Of a stretch of 56,054 nucleotides of DNA, positions 8,947 through 19,277 are shown in pieces. A model generated the notes under the pieces. It searched no databases, had not been told where the DNA came from, and worked only from the letters and a program-made list of their open reading frames with translations. Position 1 is the stretch's first letter. Each line of letters opens with the position of its first letter. Both the position numbers and the translations under genes were made by a program. Source of the DNA: a virus (lineage: Duplodnaviria > Caudoviricetes); IMG/VR virus record IMGVR_UViG_3300025138_000048, positions 1-56,054 of that record. One strand, given 5' to 3'.

Positions 8947-9903
8947 TTGGCTAAAAAAAAACTCCCTGTAATAGTTAGAGATATTAGGGAAAACCCACCT
9001 ACTCCACTTAATTTTGCAATTGAAAAAAATATATCTTATTCTCAATTGTCAATGTTTACTCAATGTCCTAAAAAATGGTCATTACAATATAGAGATGGTC
9101 ATAAGATAAGTGAGCAAAGTATTCATATGACATTTGGAACAGCTCTACATGAAGTATTACAACATTATTTAGATGTGATGTATGAAACAAGTGGTGCAGA
9201 AGCTGATAGAATTGATATAGAAGAATTATTTGAAAATACTTTAAGAGAATGTTATGCTAATGATTATAAAAAAAATAAAGGTAAACATTTTTCATCTCCT
9301 GAAGAATTAAGAGAATTCTTTGATGATGGTAAAGCAATTTTAAATAATTTTAAAAAGAAAAAAGGTGTCCATTTTAATAAAAAAGGATGGCATTTAGTCG
9401 GTTGTGAGATACCAATAGTTATCGCGCCTAATATGCGTATTAACCGCGTTAAATACATGGGTTACTTAGACATCGTAATGTACCATGAACCAACAAATAC
9501 ATTCAAGATAATCGACATAAAAACATCAACTAAAGGGTGGGGTTCTTATGCTAAAAAAGATGAGTCAAAACAATTCCAATTAGTACTTTATAAACATTTC
9601 TTCAGTAAACAATATAATATACCAATTGAAAATATTGATATTGAATTTTTTATTGTTAGACGTAAAGTATATTTAGATGGAGAGTATCCACAAAAAAGAA
9701 TCCAAACATTTGTTCCAGCTTCTGGAAGAAATAAAGTAAATAAAGCAACAAATAATTTAAATGAATTTATAAATAAAGCTTTTAATTTGGATGGTTCATA
9801 TAAGGATACTATATTCACCGCAAAACCAAGTAAGTGGAATTGTAATTTTTGCCCTTATAAAACAAATACAGAGTTATGCAATGCAGTTGGCAAGAATTTT
9901 TAA
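8947..9903 (+). CDS. PD-(D/E)XK nuclease, Cas4/AddB-like with putative Fe-S cluster
   Basis: SYSQL..QCP, FGTALHEVL, GYLD, IIDIKT, QLVLY, C-terminal CNFCPY...C; TTG start. Confidence 0.85.
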   Translation: MAKKKLPVIVRDIRENPPTPLNFAIEKNISYSQLSMFTQCPKKWSLQYRDGHKISEQSIHMTFGTALHEVLQHYLDVMYETSGAEADRIDIEELFENTLRECYANDYKKNKGKHFSSPEELREFFDDGKAILNNFKKKKGVHFNKKGWHLVGCEIPIVIAPNMRINRVKYMGYLDIVMYHEPTNTFKIIDIKTSTKGWGSYAKKDESKQFQLVLYKHFFSKQYNIPIENIDIEFFIVRRKVYLDGEYPQKRIQTFVPASGRNKVNKATNNLNEFINKAFNLDGSYKDTIFTAKPSKWNCNFCPYKTNTELCNAVGKNF

Positions 9904-9947
9904 TCTACATATATGTATAGACAAATATAACATATAAAACAAAAATT

Positions 9948-10139
9948 ATGGCACAAAAAGAAATGACACTAACTAGTGTAAAAGTAAAAAGTGATTTATT
10001 TGAAAATTTTAAAATTGAATGCGTTAAAAGAAAATTTAGTTTTCAAAAATTAGCAGATAGATCATTATTCTTATATCTTACAGATGAAGATTTTAGGAAA
10101 AAAATTAATTCTCAAGTAAATTTAGAATTAGATAAATAA
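9948..10139 (+). CDS. Small hypothetical protein, possibly ribbon-helix-helix
   Basis: 63 aa, TSVKV strand followed by two helices; ATATGTATA motif upstream at 9911. Confidence 0.6.
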   Translation: MAQKEMTLTSVKVKSDLFENFKIECVKRKFSFQKLADRSLFLYLTDEDFRKKINSQVNLELDK

Positions 10140-10164
10140 ATTATTAATAATAAAAGTTTTTTAA

Positions 10165-11595
10165 ATGATTGAAGGTTATATAAAAAAAGAAGATAGAAAA
10201 AAAATATTACTTCTAACAGATGATATTAGAGTACACTCTGGCGTTGCTCAAGTAGGTAGAGAAACAGTAACTAATACAGCCCATAGATATAATTGGGTTC
10301 AATTAGCAGGAGCTGTTAAACATCCCGAAAAAAATCAAATACAAGATTTAAGTGAAGCTACTAATAAAGAAATTGGTATTGAAGATGCATCTGTGGTATT
10401 ATATCCTTGTGATGGTTACGGAGATGAAAAACTTGTAAGGTTAGTTATAGAAAGGGAAAAACCAGATGCAATTCTTTTAATAACTGATCCTCGTTACTTT
10501 GAATGGTTATTTAATATTGAAGATGAAATTAGATCACAAATTCCGATTACATATTTAAATATTTGGGATGATTTACCAGCTCCAATGTATAATCAAGATT
10601 TTTATGACTCATGTGATGCTTTATTCGGAATTTCTAAACAAACTAAAAATATTAATGAAATGGTTTTAGGTGATAAAGCTAAAAATAAAGTAATTAAATA
10701 TATCCCACATGGTTTAAATCATAAAAAATTCTATCAATTAGAAGAAAATGATAAGGAACTAATAAATTTTAAAAAACAATTTCATAATTCAGAAGGTAAA
10801 GAATTTACAATATTATTTAATTCAAGAAATATTAGAAGAAAATCTATACCTGATACCATATTAGCATGGAAGTTATTTTTAGATAAATTACCAAAAAACC
10901 AAAGGAATAAATGTCAAATGGTTATGCATACACAACCTATTGACCAAGCTGGTACAGATTTACCTGCAGTAATTAGGTTTTTATTTCCTAAAGAAGATCA
11001 TAACATAATAATGTCTCATCAAAAACTTACAATAGAACAAATGAATTTATTGTATAATAATGCTGATGGAACTATTTTATTATCATCTGCTGAAGGGTGG
11101 GGTTTATCTTTAACAGAATCGTTATTAACAGGAACACCTATTATAGCTAATGTAACAGGTGGGATGCAAGATCAAATGAGATTTGTTGATGAAAATGATA
11201 ATTGGTACACACCAACTCCAGATGTTCCTTCAAATCATAGAAAAACTTATACTAAATGTGGTGAATGGGCATTACCCGTTTTTCCAACTAACTTATCATT
11301 AGTAGGTTCACCTAAAACTCCTTACATTTATGATGATAGATGTTCAGCTGAAGATGCTGCTGATCAAATAATGAATTTGTATAAAATGGGTGATAAAGAA
11401 AGAAAAAGAATTGGAAATTTAGGAAAAGAATGGGCATTAAGTGAAGAAGCTGGATTTACTGCAGAAACTATGGCTCAAAGAATTTCTGAAGGATTTGAAG
11501 AAACCTTTAAAAATTTCAAACCAAAGTCAAGATTCACATTTACAGGTGATAATGAAGTAAATAAAAAAGTTTTAAATCATAAATTAATATATTAA
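10165..11595 (+). CDS. Glycosyltransferase, GT-B fold (GT4-like)
   Basis: SGVAQV, YIPHG, RNIRRK, EGWGLSLTE (E-x7-E), TPII. Confidence 0.9.
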   Translation: MIEGYIKKEDRKKILLLTDDIRVHSGVAQVGRETVTNTAHRYNWVQLAGAVKHPEKNQIQDLSEATNKEIGIEDASVVLYPCDGYGDEKLVRLVIEREKPDAILLITDPRYFEWLFNIEDEIRSQIPITYLNIWDDLPAPMYNQDFYDSCDALFGISKQTKNINEMVLGDKAKNKVIKYIPHGLNHKKFYQLEENDKELINFKKQFHNSEGKEFTILFNSRNIRRKSIPDTILAWKLFLDKLPKNQRNKCQMVMHTQPIDQAGTDLPAVIRFLFPKEDHNIIMSHQKLTIEQMNLLYNNADGTILLSSAEGWGLSLTESLLTGTPIIANVTGGMQDQMRFVDENDNWYTPTPDVPSNHRKTYTKCGEWALPVFPTNLSLVGSPKTPYIYDDRCSAEDAADQIMNLYKMGDKERKRIGNLGKEWALSEEAGFTAETMAQRISEGFEETFKNFKPKSRFTFTGDNEVNKKVLNHKLIY

Positions 11596-11596
11596 T

Positions 11597-12892
11597 ATGA
11601 AAAATACATTTGTTGTAAGTTGTCCAATAGATACTTATAGTGGTTATGGTGCTAGAAGTAGAGATTTTGTAAAAGCTTTAATTGAATTAGATGAATATGA
11701 TGTACAAATACTATCTCAAAGATGGGGTAAATGTTCTGAAGGATTTATAAAAAATAATAAAGATTGGGAGTTTTTAAATAAACATATCATTCCACAGTTA
11801 ACATCTAAACCAGATTATTGGTGTCAGATAACAGTTCCGAATGAATTTCAAACAGTAGGAAAATATAATATAGGTTTAACAGCTGGTATGGAAACTACTA
11901 TTGTTGATGGAAGTTGGGTTGAAGGATGTAATAGAATGGATTTAATTATGACATCATCTAATCATTCTAAAAATACCTTTTTAAATTCTAAATTTCATAA
12001 AGGTGATGATAAAACTAATGTATTAGAAATTAATAAACCAATTGAAGTATTAATTGAAGGTTTAAATTTAGATGTTTATAAGGTAACAAAAGAATTTAAA
12101 AATAAAGAATTATATAATAAAATAAATTCAATTCCTGAAAAATTTGCTTATTTAACTGTTGGCCATTGGATGCAAGGTGAATTAGGAGAAGATAGAAAAA
12201 ATATTGGATTAACAATAAAAGCATTTTATGAACTTTTTAAAAATAGAAAAAACCCACCTGCATTAATCTTAAAATCTTGTATGATTAATAGTAGTATTTT
12301 AGATAAATCAGAAATTCAAAGAAGAATAGAAATTATTAAAAGTGGAATTCCAGATGCAAAAACATTACCTAAAGTATATCTATTGCATGGTAGTTTTACA
12401 GATCTAGAAATGAATGAAATATATAATCACCCTAAGGTTAAATCAATGATTAGTTTAACAAAAGGAGAGGGATATGGTAGACCTTTATTAGAATTTAGTG
12501 CTATTGATAAACCAATAATTGCAACAAATTGGTCAGGTCATATTGACTTTTTAAAGAAAGAATACTGCAGTTTTATAGAGGGTAAATTAGATAAAATCCA
12601 CCCATCAGCTGTAGTCCCAAATATGATTTTAGCAGAATCTGAATGGTTTAGACCTGAGTTAAAAGATATAGGATATTCTCTTAATAATGTATTTGAAGTA
12701 TATGATGAATGGTTAGAAAATGCAAAAAAACAAGGATCTCATTCTAGAAATAATTTTTCATTTAATTCAATGAAAGAACAAATAAAAGACATATTTAGCA
12801 AAAATTTAACAAAATTACCTAAAAAAATGGATTTAAATATAGGTAAAATTGAAATGCCTAAAAAACCAAAAACTAAATTAAAAAAAGTATAA
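11597..12892 (+). CDS. Glycosyltransferase, GT-B fold (GT4-like)
   Basis: SGYGARSR, DRKNI, GEGYGRPLLE, IATNWSGH. Confidence 0.9.
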   Translation: MKNTFVVSCPIDTYSGYGARSRDFVKALIELDEYDVQILSQRWGKCSEGFIKNNKDWEFLNKHIIPQLTSKPDYWCQITVPNEFQTVGKYNIGLTAGMETTIVDGSWVEGCNRMDLIMTSSNHSKNTFLNSKFHKGDDKTNVLEINKPIEVLIEGLNLDVYKVTKEFKNKELYNKINSIPEKFAYLTVGHWMQGELGEDRKNIGLTIKAFYELFKNRKNPPALILKSCMINSSILDKSEIQRRIEIIKSGIPDAKTLPKVYLLHGSFTDLEMNEIYNHPKVKSMISLTKGEGYGRPLLEFSAIDKPIIATNWSGHIDFLKKEYCSFIEGKLDKIHPSAVVPNMILAESEWFRPELKDIGYSLNNVFEVYDEWLENAKKQGSHSRNNFSFNSMKEQIKDIFSKNLTKLPKKMDLNIGKIEMPKKPKTKLKKV

Positions 12893-12894
12893 TT

Positions 12895-13398
12895 ATGGGA
12901 GTAGAAACAGACAAATTGATTAAATGTAATAGATGTGGAGGAGATGCCTGTTATGTACAAGAAATAAATAATATAAAATTATATTCATGTTATGGTTGTG
13001 GTTTTCAAACATCAACTGTAATGAAAAAAGGTGAAAAGTTTTTTGATGAACAGATGGAAATTCTACCAGAATTATATAAGGTGTTATTAGGAGAAGATGA
13101 TGAAGGGATGGTTTGGATGCCTCAAACTGTAAATTTACCACAACAAGGAATGGTATTTGCAGCTACAGCTAAAGAATTTGGTTCACCTGGTCAACCTGCA
13201 TCACAAGATAATTATGAATGGGCTGCAGTAAAAGCAATTAAAATTAAGGAAGAAGATAAGGAAAAATATCCAATTCCCTCTAAAAAAGGAGAATTTTATG
13301 AATGGAGAATGGATATGACTACTGAAAAAAGATTTGCCCATAACGATTTTGTAGAAGCATTAGATTATATTGATGTATTTAGTGGAGAAAAAAATTAA
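12895..13398 (+). CDS. Hypothetical Zn-ribbon protein
   Basis: CNRC...CYGC pairs at the N-terminus. Confidence 0.7.
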   Translation: MGVETDKLIKCNRCGGDACYVQEINNIKLYSCYGCGFQTSTVMKKGEKFFDEQMEILPELYKVLLGEDDEGMVWMPQTVNLPQQGMVFAATAKEFGSPGQPASQDNYEWAAVKAIKIKEEDKEKYPIPSKKGEFYEWRMDMTTEKRFAHNDFVEALDYIDVFSGEKN

Positions 13399-13402
13399 AA
13401 AT

Positions 13403-14284
13403 ATGAAAGCATTAGTAACAGGAGGAGCTGGTTTTATTGGATCTAATTTAGTAGATTCTCTTATAGAAAAAGGATGGGATGTGATAGTAATAGATAACTT
13501 ATCATCAGAAGCTCATGAACAGTTTTATTTCAATAATAAAGCTACTTATTATGAATATGATATTTGTGATTTTGAGTTAATTAAACCCTTATTTAAAGGA
13601 ATAGATTATGTATTTCATTTAGCGGCTGAGTCAAGGATCCAACCAGCTATATTAAACCCAACATATGCTATAACTGTAAATTCTGTGGGTACTTGCAATG
13701 TATTACAAGCAGCTAGAGAAGCAAAATGTGATAGAGTAATTTATTCTTCAACATCTGCGGCTTATGGTTTAAAAAATTCTCCTCCTTTAAAAGAAGATAT
13801 GCCTAAAGATTGTTTAAATCCATATTCTGTATCTAAAGTAAATGGGGAAGAATTATGTAAAATGTATAATGATTTATTTGGGTTAAAAACTATTTCATTT
13901 AGATATTTTAACGTTTATGGTAATAGACAGTGTACTAAAGGACAGTATGCTCCTGTTATTGGATTATTTTTAAAGCAAAAATCAGAAGGTAAACCTATGA
14001 CTGTAATTGGGGATGGACTTCAAACTAGAGATTATACTAATATTAAAGATGTAGTTAATGCTAATATTTTAGCTACTAAATGTGTAGAAGGATTTGGTGA
14101 AGTATACAATATAGGTACAGGCAAAGATTATAGTATTTTAGATTTATGTAATTTTATTGGGGGTAAATATGAACATATCCCAGAAAGAATAGGTGAATGT
14201 AGATTTACCTGCGCTGATAATTCTAAAGCAAAAAATATACTAAAGTGGGAACCACAAGTTAAATTAGAAGATTATTTTAAGTAG
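13403..14284 (+). CDS. NAD-dependent epimerase/dehydratase (extended SDR)
   Basis: VTGGAGFIGS, FHLAA, YSVSK (YxxxK), RYFNVYG; start moved to ATG 13403. Confidence 0.93.
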   Translation: MKALVTGGAGFIGSNLVDSLIEKGWDVIVIDNLSSEAHEQFYFNNKATYYEYDICDFELIKPLFKGIDYVFHLAAESRIQPAILNPTYAITVNSVGTCNVLQAAREAKCDRVIYSSTSAAYGLKNSPPLKEDMPKDCLNPYSVSKVNGEELCKMYNDLFGLKTISFRYFNVYGNRQCTKGQYAPVIGLFLKQKSEGKPMTVIGDGLQTRDYTNIKDVVNANILATKCVEGFGEVYNIGTGKDYSILDLCNFIGGKYEHIPERIGECRFTCADNSKAKNILKWEPQVKLEDYFK

Positions 14285-14311
14285 GATTTTACCAATAATT
14301 TTTGTATATTT
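14281..14311 (+). promoter_or_regulatory. Sigma-A-type promoter variant
   Basis: GTAGG(14281)...TTTGTATATTT(14301). Confidence 0.45.
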
Positions 14312-14330
14312 AATTAAACAATATTAAAAT

Positions 14331-14954
14331 ATGAAAATAAGTTATGCAGTAACAGTTTGTAATGAATTTGTAGAAATACAAAAATTAATCCCATTTTTAT
14401 TAAAACATAAACTACATGAAGATGAAATTGTAGTTCTTTTTGATACAAAAAATGGAAATAGTAAAGTTGAAGAATATCTAAGAGCAAAATCAGTAAATGG
14501 TGAATTTTCCTGGCATGGGAAGGAATTTAATGGACATTTTGCTGATTGGAAAAATTATCTAACAAGTTTATGTGATGGGGATTGGATATTTCAAATAGAT
14601 GCAGATGAAGTTCCACATATAGTTTTAATGGAAAACATTCATGAAATCGTTATATCAAACCCAGATAATGAAGTTATTAAGGTCCCAAGAGTAAATAAAG
14701 TATTTGGTCTAACTGAAGAATATGTTAGAAAATGGAGATGGAGAGTCAATGATAAAGATTGGGTTAATTGGCCTGATTATCAGTGGAGAATTTATAAAAA
14801 TCATCCAAAAATTAAATGGGTAAATAAAGTTCATGAAGTGTTAGAGGGATATAGTACATATGCTGAATTATCTGATGAAGAACATTTTGCATTATACCAC
14901 CCAAAAGATATAGAAAGACAAATAAAGCAAAATAATTATTATGAAAGTTTATAG
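14331..14954 (+). CDS. Glycosyltransferase family 2
   Basis: ISYAVTVCNE, WIFQIDADE (DxD), PDYQWR, VHE. Confidence 0.88.
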   Translation: MKISYAVTVCNEFVEIQKLIPFLLKHKLHEDEIVVLFDTKNGNSKVEEYLRAKSVNGEFSWHGKEFNGHFADWKNYLTSLCDGDWIFQIDADEVPHIVLMENIHEIVISNPDNEVIKVPRVNKVFGLTEEYVRKWRWRVNDKDWVNWPDYQWRIYKNHPKIKWVNKVHEVLEGYSTYAELSDEEHFALYHPKDIERQIKQNNYYESL

Positions 14955-15852
14955 TAGTTTTTTACCTATTGAAAGATATAATAAATTTATTTTAAGTAAA
15001 GAAAAATACAAGAATATTCCTATTACTATATTTAATGATTATTTTACTAAAAATAATTGGGATGAATTAACTGAAAACCCTATTAATATTATTATTTTAA
15101 ATGAACCTAATCAACTATTTGGTCACCATACTCAAATCCAAAAATTTTCCCAAAATTATAATTTAATTTTAACATGGGGTCAAGATGTTATAGATAATTG
15201 TTCTAATGCTCAATTATTTATTCATGGTGAGACTAATTTAGATAAAGAATATATTAATTCATTTAAAATAAACCCAAACAGAAAATTTGAAGTAACATTT
15301 TTAAGCGGTGTGTTAGAATTAATTGAAGGTCACAAATTAAGACAAAAAATATTATCTAAAGAAAAAGAATTAAATATTCCACTTAAATTTTGGAAAGTAT
15401 TAGATGATTTCAATCACAAAACAGGAAATAGACCAGGATATAGAGATCCTGGTTGTGATGTAGTTACTGAAAAAGGAACACCAATTGAAGGAGAAGGTAA
15501 AAAACAAGTATGGAATAGAAACTCTATGTTCCATATAGCTGTAGAAAATTCAAGAAATCTAAATTATTATACAGATAAAATAGTAGATTGTTTTGCAACT
15601 AAAACAATTCCTATATATTGGGGTGCTCCTAATATAGAAGATTATTTTAACAAAGAAGGTATAATTACATTTGAAAATGAAGATGATCTGGTTGAAATTT
15701 TAAACAATTTAACCGAAGAAGATTATAAAAATAGATTGGAAGCTATAGAAGAGAATCATATATTGGCGTTAGAAAATGGGTTCTTTTTTGATAGGTTAGA
15801 AAATACTTTAGATAAAATTATAGAACTTAATAATTTAAACAATGAAAAATAA
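14941..15852 (+). CDS. Glycosyltransferase family 10 (alpha-1,3-fucosyltransferase-like)
   Basis: IAVENS...YYTDKI.DCF...TIPIYWGAPNI GT10 motif. Confidence 0.8.
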   Translation: MKVYSSFLPIERYNKFILSKEKYKNIPITIFNDYFTKNNWDELTENPINIIILNEPNQLFGHHTQIQKFSQNYNLILTWGQDVIDNCSNAQLFIHGETNLDKEYINSFKINPNRKFEVTFLSGVLELIEGHKLRQKILSKEKELNIPLKFWKVLDDFNHKTGNRPGYRDPGCDVVTEKGTPIEGEGKKQVWNRNSMFHIAVENSRNLNYYTDKIVDCFATKTIPIYWGAPNIEDYFNKEGIITFENEDDLVEILNNLTEEDYKNRLEAIEENHILALENGFFFDRLENTLDKIIELNNLNNEK

Positions 15853-15982
15853 TCAAAATAATGGTAATCCTCATACCAATGAAACCCGAAATGATTTAAA
15901 TAATAAAATCAGTAAACTTAGTTTACTAGGTAAATCTAAAAAAATACAATGGTCTGATAAGAGACGATTTAGAAACATATAA
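15842..15982 (+). CDS. Small hypothetical protein (46 aa, not in ORF track)
   Basis: MKNNQNNGNPHTNETRNDL...RRFRNI fills the gap between two genes exactly. Confidence 0.55.
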   Translation: MKNNQNNGNPHTNETRNDLNNKISKLSLLGKSKKIQWSDKRRFRNI

Positions 15983-15983
15983 T

Positions 15984-16382
15984 ATGGGAAGAAAATATTT
16001 ACCAACATTATCAGAATTAGTAGATAGGTTATCTATTGTTCAATTAAAAGAAGTATTTATCACAGATCATAAAGAAGAGTATGCTAAAGAAATAGCAGAA
16101 ATAACTCATGATATAGAAGAAATACTAAAGGATGATAATATTAGATTAACAGGAAAAGATGTTAGAGCAATTGTAGTATTATCCCAAATGAATTTACATA
16201 TATGGCAGAATGAAACTAAATATCGTGCTGGAACCGGTGATGGTAATTTAGGATTAACTCATGGATTAAATGGAATAAGAAACACAGCAAAAAATATGAT
16301 TCAGGAAGATAGTGATGGTAGAAAAGATTATAAAATTGATTGTATAGCAGCTGAATTTAAAGATTGGGAAATATCATGGTAA
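15984..16382 (+). CDS. Hypothetical helical protein, paralog of 37981..38364 (DUF6165-like)
   Basis: ELVDRLSIVQLK / N-x2-IW / NGIR pattern shared with the 37981 ORF. Confidence 0.7.
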   Translation: MGRKYLPTLSELVDRLSIVQLKEVFITDHKEEYAKEIAEITHDIEEILKDDNIRLTGKDVRAIVVLSQMNLHIWQNETKYRAGTGDGNLGLTHGLNGIRNTAKNMIQEDSDGRKDYKIDCIAAEFKDWEISW

Positions 16383-17167
16383 AAGTATTAGTTATAGGGG
16401 ATAGTTGTTTAGACGAATATATTTATTGTACTACAGATAGATTTTGCCCAGATGCACCTGTACCAATTATAAAACCAAAATCATATGTTTCAACTAAAGG
16501 TATGGCTGGTAATGTAGCTGATAATTTAACATCATTAGGAGCTAAGGTTACTTTAATTACAAATGCTAATAGGATTAAAAAAACAAGATATGTTGATGAG
16601 AGAACAAATCATATGTTTGTTAGAATTGATGAGGGTGAAGATGATATATTTCCTGTAGCTAAAAAAACATTAGAAAATATTAAATGGGATGAATATGATG
16701 CTGTTGTTATAAGTGATTATTGTAAGGGATTCCTTACAGAAGATGAAATATCTTACATTTCTAACCAACATACAAATACTTTTTTAGATACTAAAAAATC
16801 TATTAATAATTGGGCTTCAAATATTAACTTTATAAAAATTAATGAAGTTGAATTAGATCATAGTATTGGTTTTTTACATGATAATGAAGGGGAATTTTCT
16901 AAAAAAGTAATTACAACATTGGGAAGTAAAGGAGCACAATATCAAGGAATTAAATATCCCGTAGATAAAGTAGATGTTAGAGATACCAGCGGAGCTGGTG
17001 ATACATTTATGGCTGGTTTAGTATACGCATATATAAAATGTAATATAAGTAATTCTGATACACGTATATGGGAATCAATTAAATTTGCTAATAGGTGTTC
17101 AACACAAATAGTACAGAAAAAAGGTACAGCAAAAGTTAACTTAAAAGAATTAAATAATGAAGTATAA
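16376..17167 (+). CDS. PfkB-family sugar kinase, HldE/RfaE domain I-like (heptose-7-phosphate kinase-like)
   Basis: VLVIGDSCLD, PDAPVP, GMAGNVA, SDYCKG, DTSGAGDTF; start moved to ATG 16376. Confidence 0.85.
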   Translation: MVKVLVIGDSCLDEYIYCTTDRFCPDAPVPIIKPKSYVSTKGMAGNVADNLTSLGAKVTLITNANRIKKTRYVDERTNHMFVRIDEGEDDIFPVAKKTLENIKWDEYDAVVISDYCKGFLTEDEISYISNQHTNTFLDTKKSINNWASNINFIKINEVELDHSIGFLHDNEGEFSKKVITTLGSKGAQYQGIKYPVDKVDVRDTSGAGDTFMAGLVYAYIKCNISNSDTRIWESIKFANRCSTQIVQKKGTAKVNLKELNNEV

Positions 17168-17693
17168 ATTTAGTAAAAAATTAAAAGAAGTAGCAATTAT
17201 TCAACCTGATATACATCATGATTATAGAGGTGAATATATTGAAACTTGGAATGTAGAAAATTATAAAATATTTGATCATTTAGTCAATAATAATAAACCT
17301 ATAACATTTAAACAAGATGATATTAGCACATCAGTAAAACACACATTAAGAGGATTACATGGTGATAATAAAACATGGAAATTAGTTTCATGTGTTTATG
17401 GTTCATTATTACAAGTAGTTGTTGATATGAGAGAATCGAGTAATACTTATTTAGAATATGATATGTTTAGTATTAATGATAAGAACAGAAACCAAATATT
17501 GGTACCACCTGGTTTTGCCAATGGTCATCTAGTAATGAGTGATTTTGGAATATTCAGTTATAAACAATCTACATTATATGGAGGGGCATCAGAACAATTT
17601 ACAGTAAAATGGAACGATCCGAAGTTAAGTATTCCTTGGCCTATTGATAATCCTATATTATCTTCCCGAGATAAAAATGCAGAGATTATATGA
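17157..17693 (+). CDS. rmlC: dTDP-4-dehydrorhamnose 3,5-epimerase-like
   Basis: DYRG, TLRGLH, KLVSC, VVDMR, VPPGFANG, WNDP...WP...LSSRD. Confidence 0.88.
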   Translation: MKYKFSKKLKEVAIIQPDIHHDYRGEYIETWNVENYKIFDHLVNNNKPITFKQDDISTSVKHTLRGLHGDNKTWKLVSCVYGSLLQVVVDMRESSNTYLEYDMFSINDKNRNQILVPPGFANGHLVMSDFGIFSYKQSTLYGGASEQFTVKWNDPKLSIPWPIDNPILSSRDKNAEII

Positions 17694-18631
17694 AAAAAAG
17701 TGTATTAATTACAGGAGGAGCTGGTTATCTAGGGTCAGTACTAGCAGAAGTTTTATTAGATAATGGTTATGATGTAACTGTATTTGATAATTTAATGTAT
17801 AAACAAACATCACTATTACATTTATGTGATAATAAAAGATTTAGATTTGTAAAAGGGGATGTTACTGATAAAGGTCGTTTTTTAAATTATATTGTAAGTC
17901 ATGATATTATAATACCTTTAGCAGCTATAGTAGGAGCTCCTGCTTGTGATGTAAATAAAGACTTAGCAACAGCGGTTAATTACACCCAAATAGAATTTAT
18001 AGTTGATAATTTAAGAAAAGACCAAAAATTATTAATGCCTAATACTAACAGTCAATATGGTAGTTCTACTGAGGTAATAACTGAAGATAGTCCATTTAAT
18101 CCTTTATCTCATTATGCTATTACTAAATGTAAAGCAGAAGAATATATTATAGATTGGGGTAATGGTATTTGTTTAAGATTAGCTACAGTATTTGGTTCAT
18201 CCCCTAGAATGCGTACTGATTTGTTAGTAAATGATTTTGTATATAAAGCAATAACGGAAGGTTGTTTAGTGTTGTTTCAGTCTAAATTTAAAAGAAATTA
18301 CATCCACGTAAGAGATATAGCATATACTTTTTTACACTGTATTGAAAACTATGATAAATTAAATGGTGAAGTATTTAATGTAGGATTATCTGATGCTAAT
18401 TTAAATAAAATGGAATTAGCAACTAAACTTAAAGCATATTTTTCATATTTAGTAATAATTGAAAATGAGTTTTCATCTGATATAGATAATAGAAATTATA
18501 TAGTGTCTAATGATAAGTTAGAAGCTACAGGATGGAAACCAAGATATAATATTAATGATGGTATTGAAGAATTAAAAAAAGCATATGAAATGGTTATAGC
18601 GGATAATAATAAAAAATATACTAACCTATGA
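17690..18631 (+). CDS. NAD-dependent epimerase/dehydratase
   Basis: ITGGAGYLGS, LAAIVG, YAITK, RLATVFG. Confidence 0.9.
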   Translation: MKKSVLITGGAGYLGSVLAEVLLDNGYDVTVFDNLMYKQTSLLHLCDNKRFRFVKGDVTDKGRFLNYIVSHDIIIPLAAIVGAPACDVNKDLATAVNYTQIEFIVDNLRKDQKLLMPNTNSQYGSSTEVITEDSPFNPLSHYAITKCKAEEYIIDWGNGICLRLATVFGSSPRMRTDLLVNDFVYKAITEGCLVLFQSKFKRNYIHVRDIAYTFLHCIENYDKLNGEVFNVGLSDANLNKMELATKLKAYFSYLVIIENEFSSDIDNRNYIVSNDKLEATGWKPRYNINDGIEELKKAYEMVIADNNKKYTNL

Positions 18632-19275
18632 TAACATTAGAAACATCTTATCCTATAGCTTATGAATCACCTGATCATATTTTTCCTTGGGGAACTAAAA
18701 ATGATAATTCTACAAATGAGGGATTTATTAATGAAACATTAGATTTTTGGGAACAAAGGGGTAAAAGTAAAGTTAATTTTTTAGATTTAGGATGTTCTGG
18801 TGGTCAACTTGTAGTTGATTATATCAATAAAGGACATTTAGGTGTAGGTTTAGAAGGAAGTGATTATAGTGTAGTACATAAAAGAGCTAATTGGCCTGAA
18901 TATTATAACAAAAATTTATTTACTTGTGATGTTACAAAACCTTATAAACTATTAAAAGATAATAAAGAAATAAAATTTGACGTAATATCAGCTTGGGAGG
19001 TAATAGAACACATTGCTGAAAATGATTTAATTCCATTTTTTAACCAAATTAATAAAAATTTATTATCTGGAGGGTTTTTCTGTGGTTCTATTTCTATGAA
19101 TATTGAAGTATTAGAAGGTCATGCTTTACACCAAACAGTGTGGAATGAGAAAAAATGGTATGAAAATTTTCCCCAAATATTAAAGGGAACTGATTTAGAA
19201 TTATATGATTATCCCTTTCAAAATAAGGTAAGACAAGATCATGGTTCGTTTCATGTTTTACTGTTAAAAAAATAA
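18628..19275 (+). CDS. Class I SAM-dependent methyltransferase
   Basis: FLDLGCSGG motif I; FDVISAWEVIEHI. Confidence 0.85.
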   Translation: MITLETSYPIAYESPDHIFPWGTKNDNSTNEGFINETLDFWEQRGKSKVNFLDLGCSGGQLVVDYINKGHLGVGLEGSDYSVVHKRANWPEYYNKNLFTCDVTKPYKLLKDNKEIKFDVISAWEVIEHIAENDLIPFFNQINKNLLSGGFFCGSISMNIEVLEGHALHQTVWNEKKWYENFPQILKGTDLELYDYPFQNKVRQDHGSFHVLLLKK

Positions 19276-19277
19276 TT

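Noticed and set aside
8947-9903. Cas4-like nuclease as part of a CRISPR-Cas system
   Set aside because: No cas1/cas2 or repeat-spacer array in the window; solo Cas4-like nucleases are common in phage replication modules
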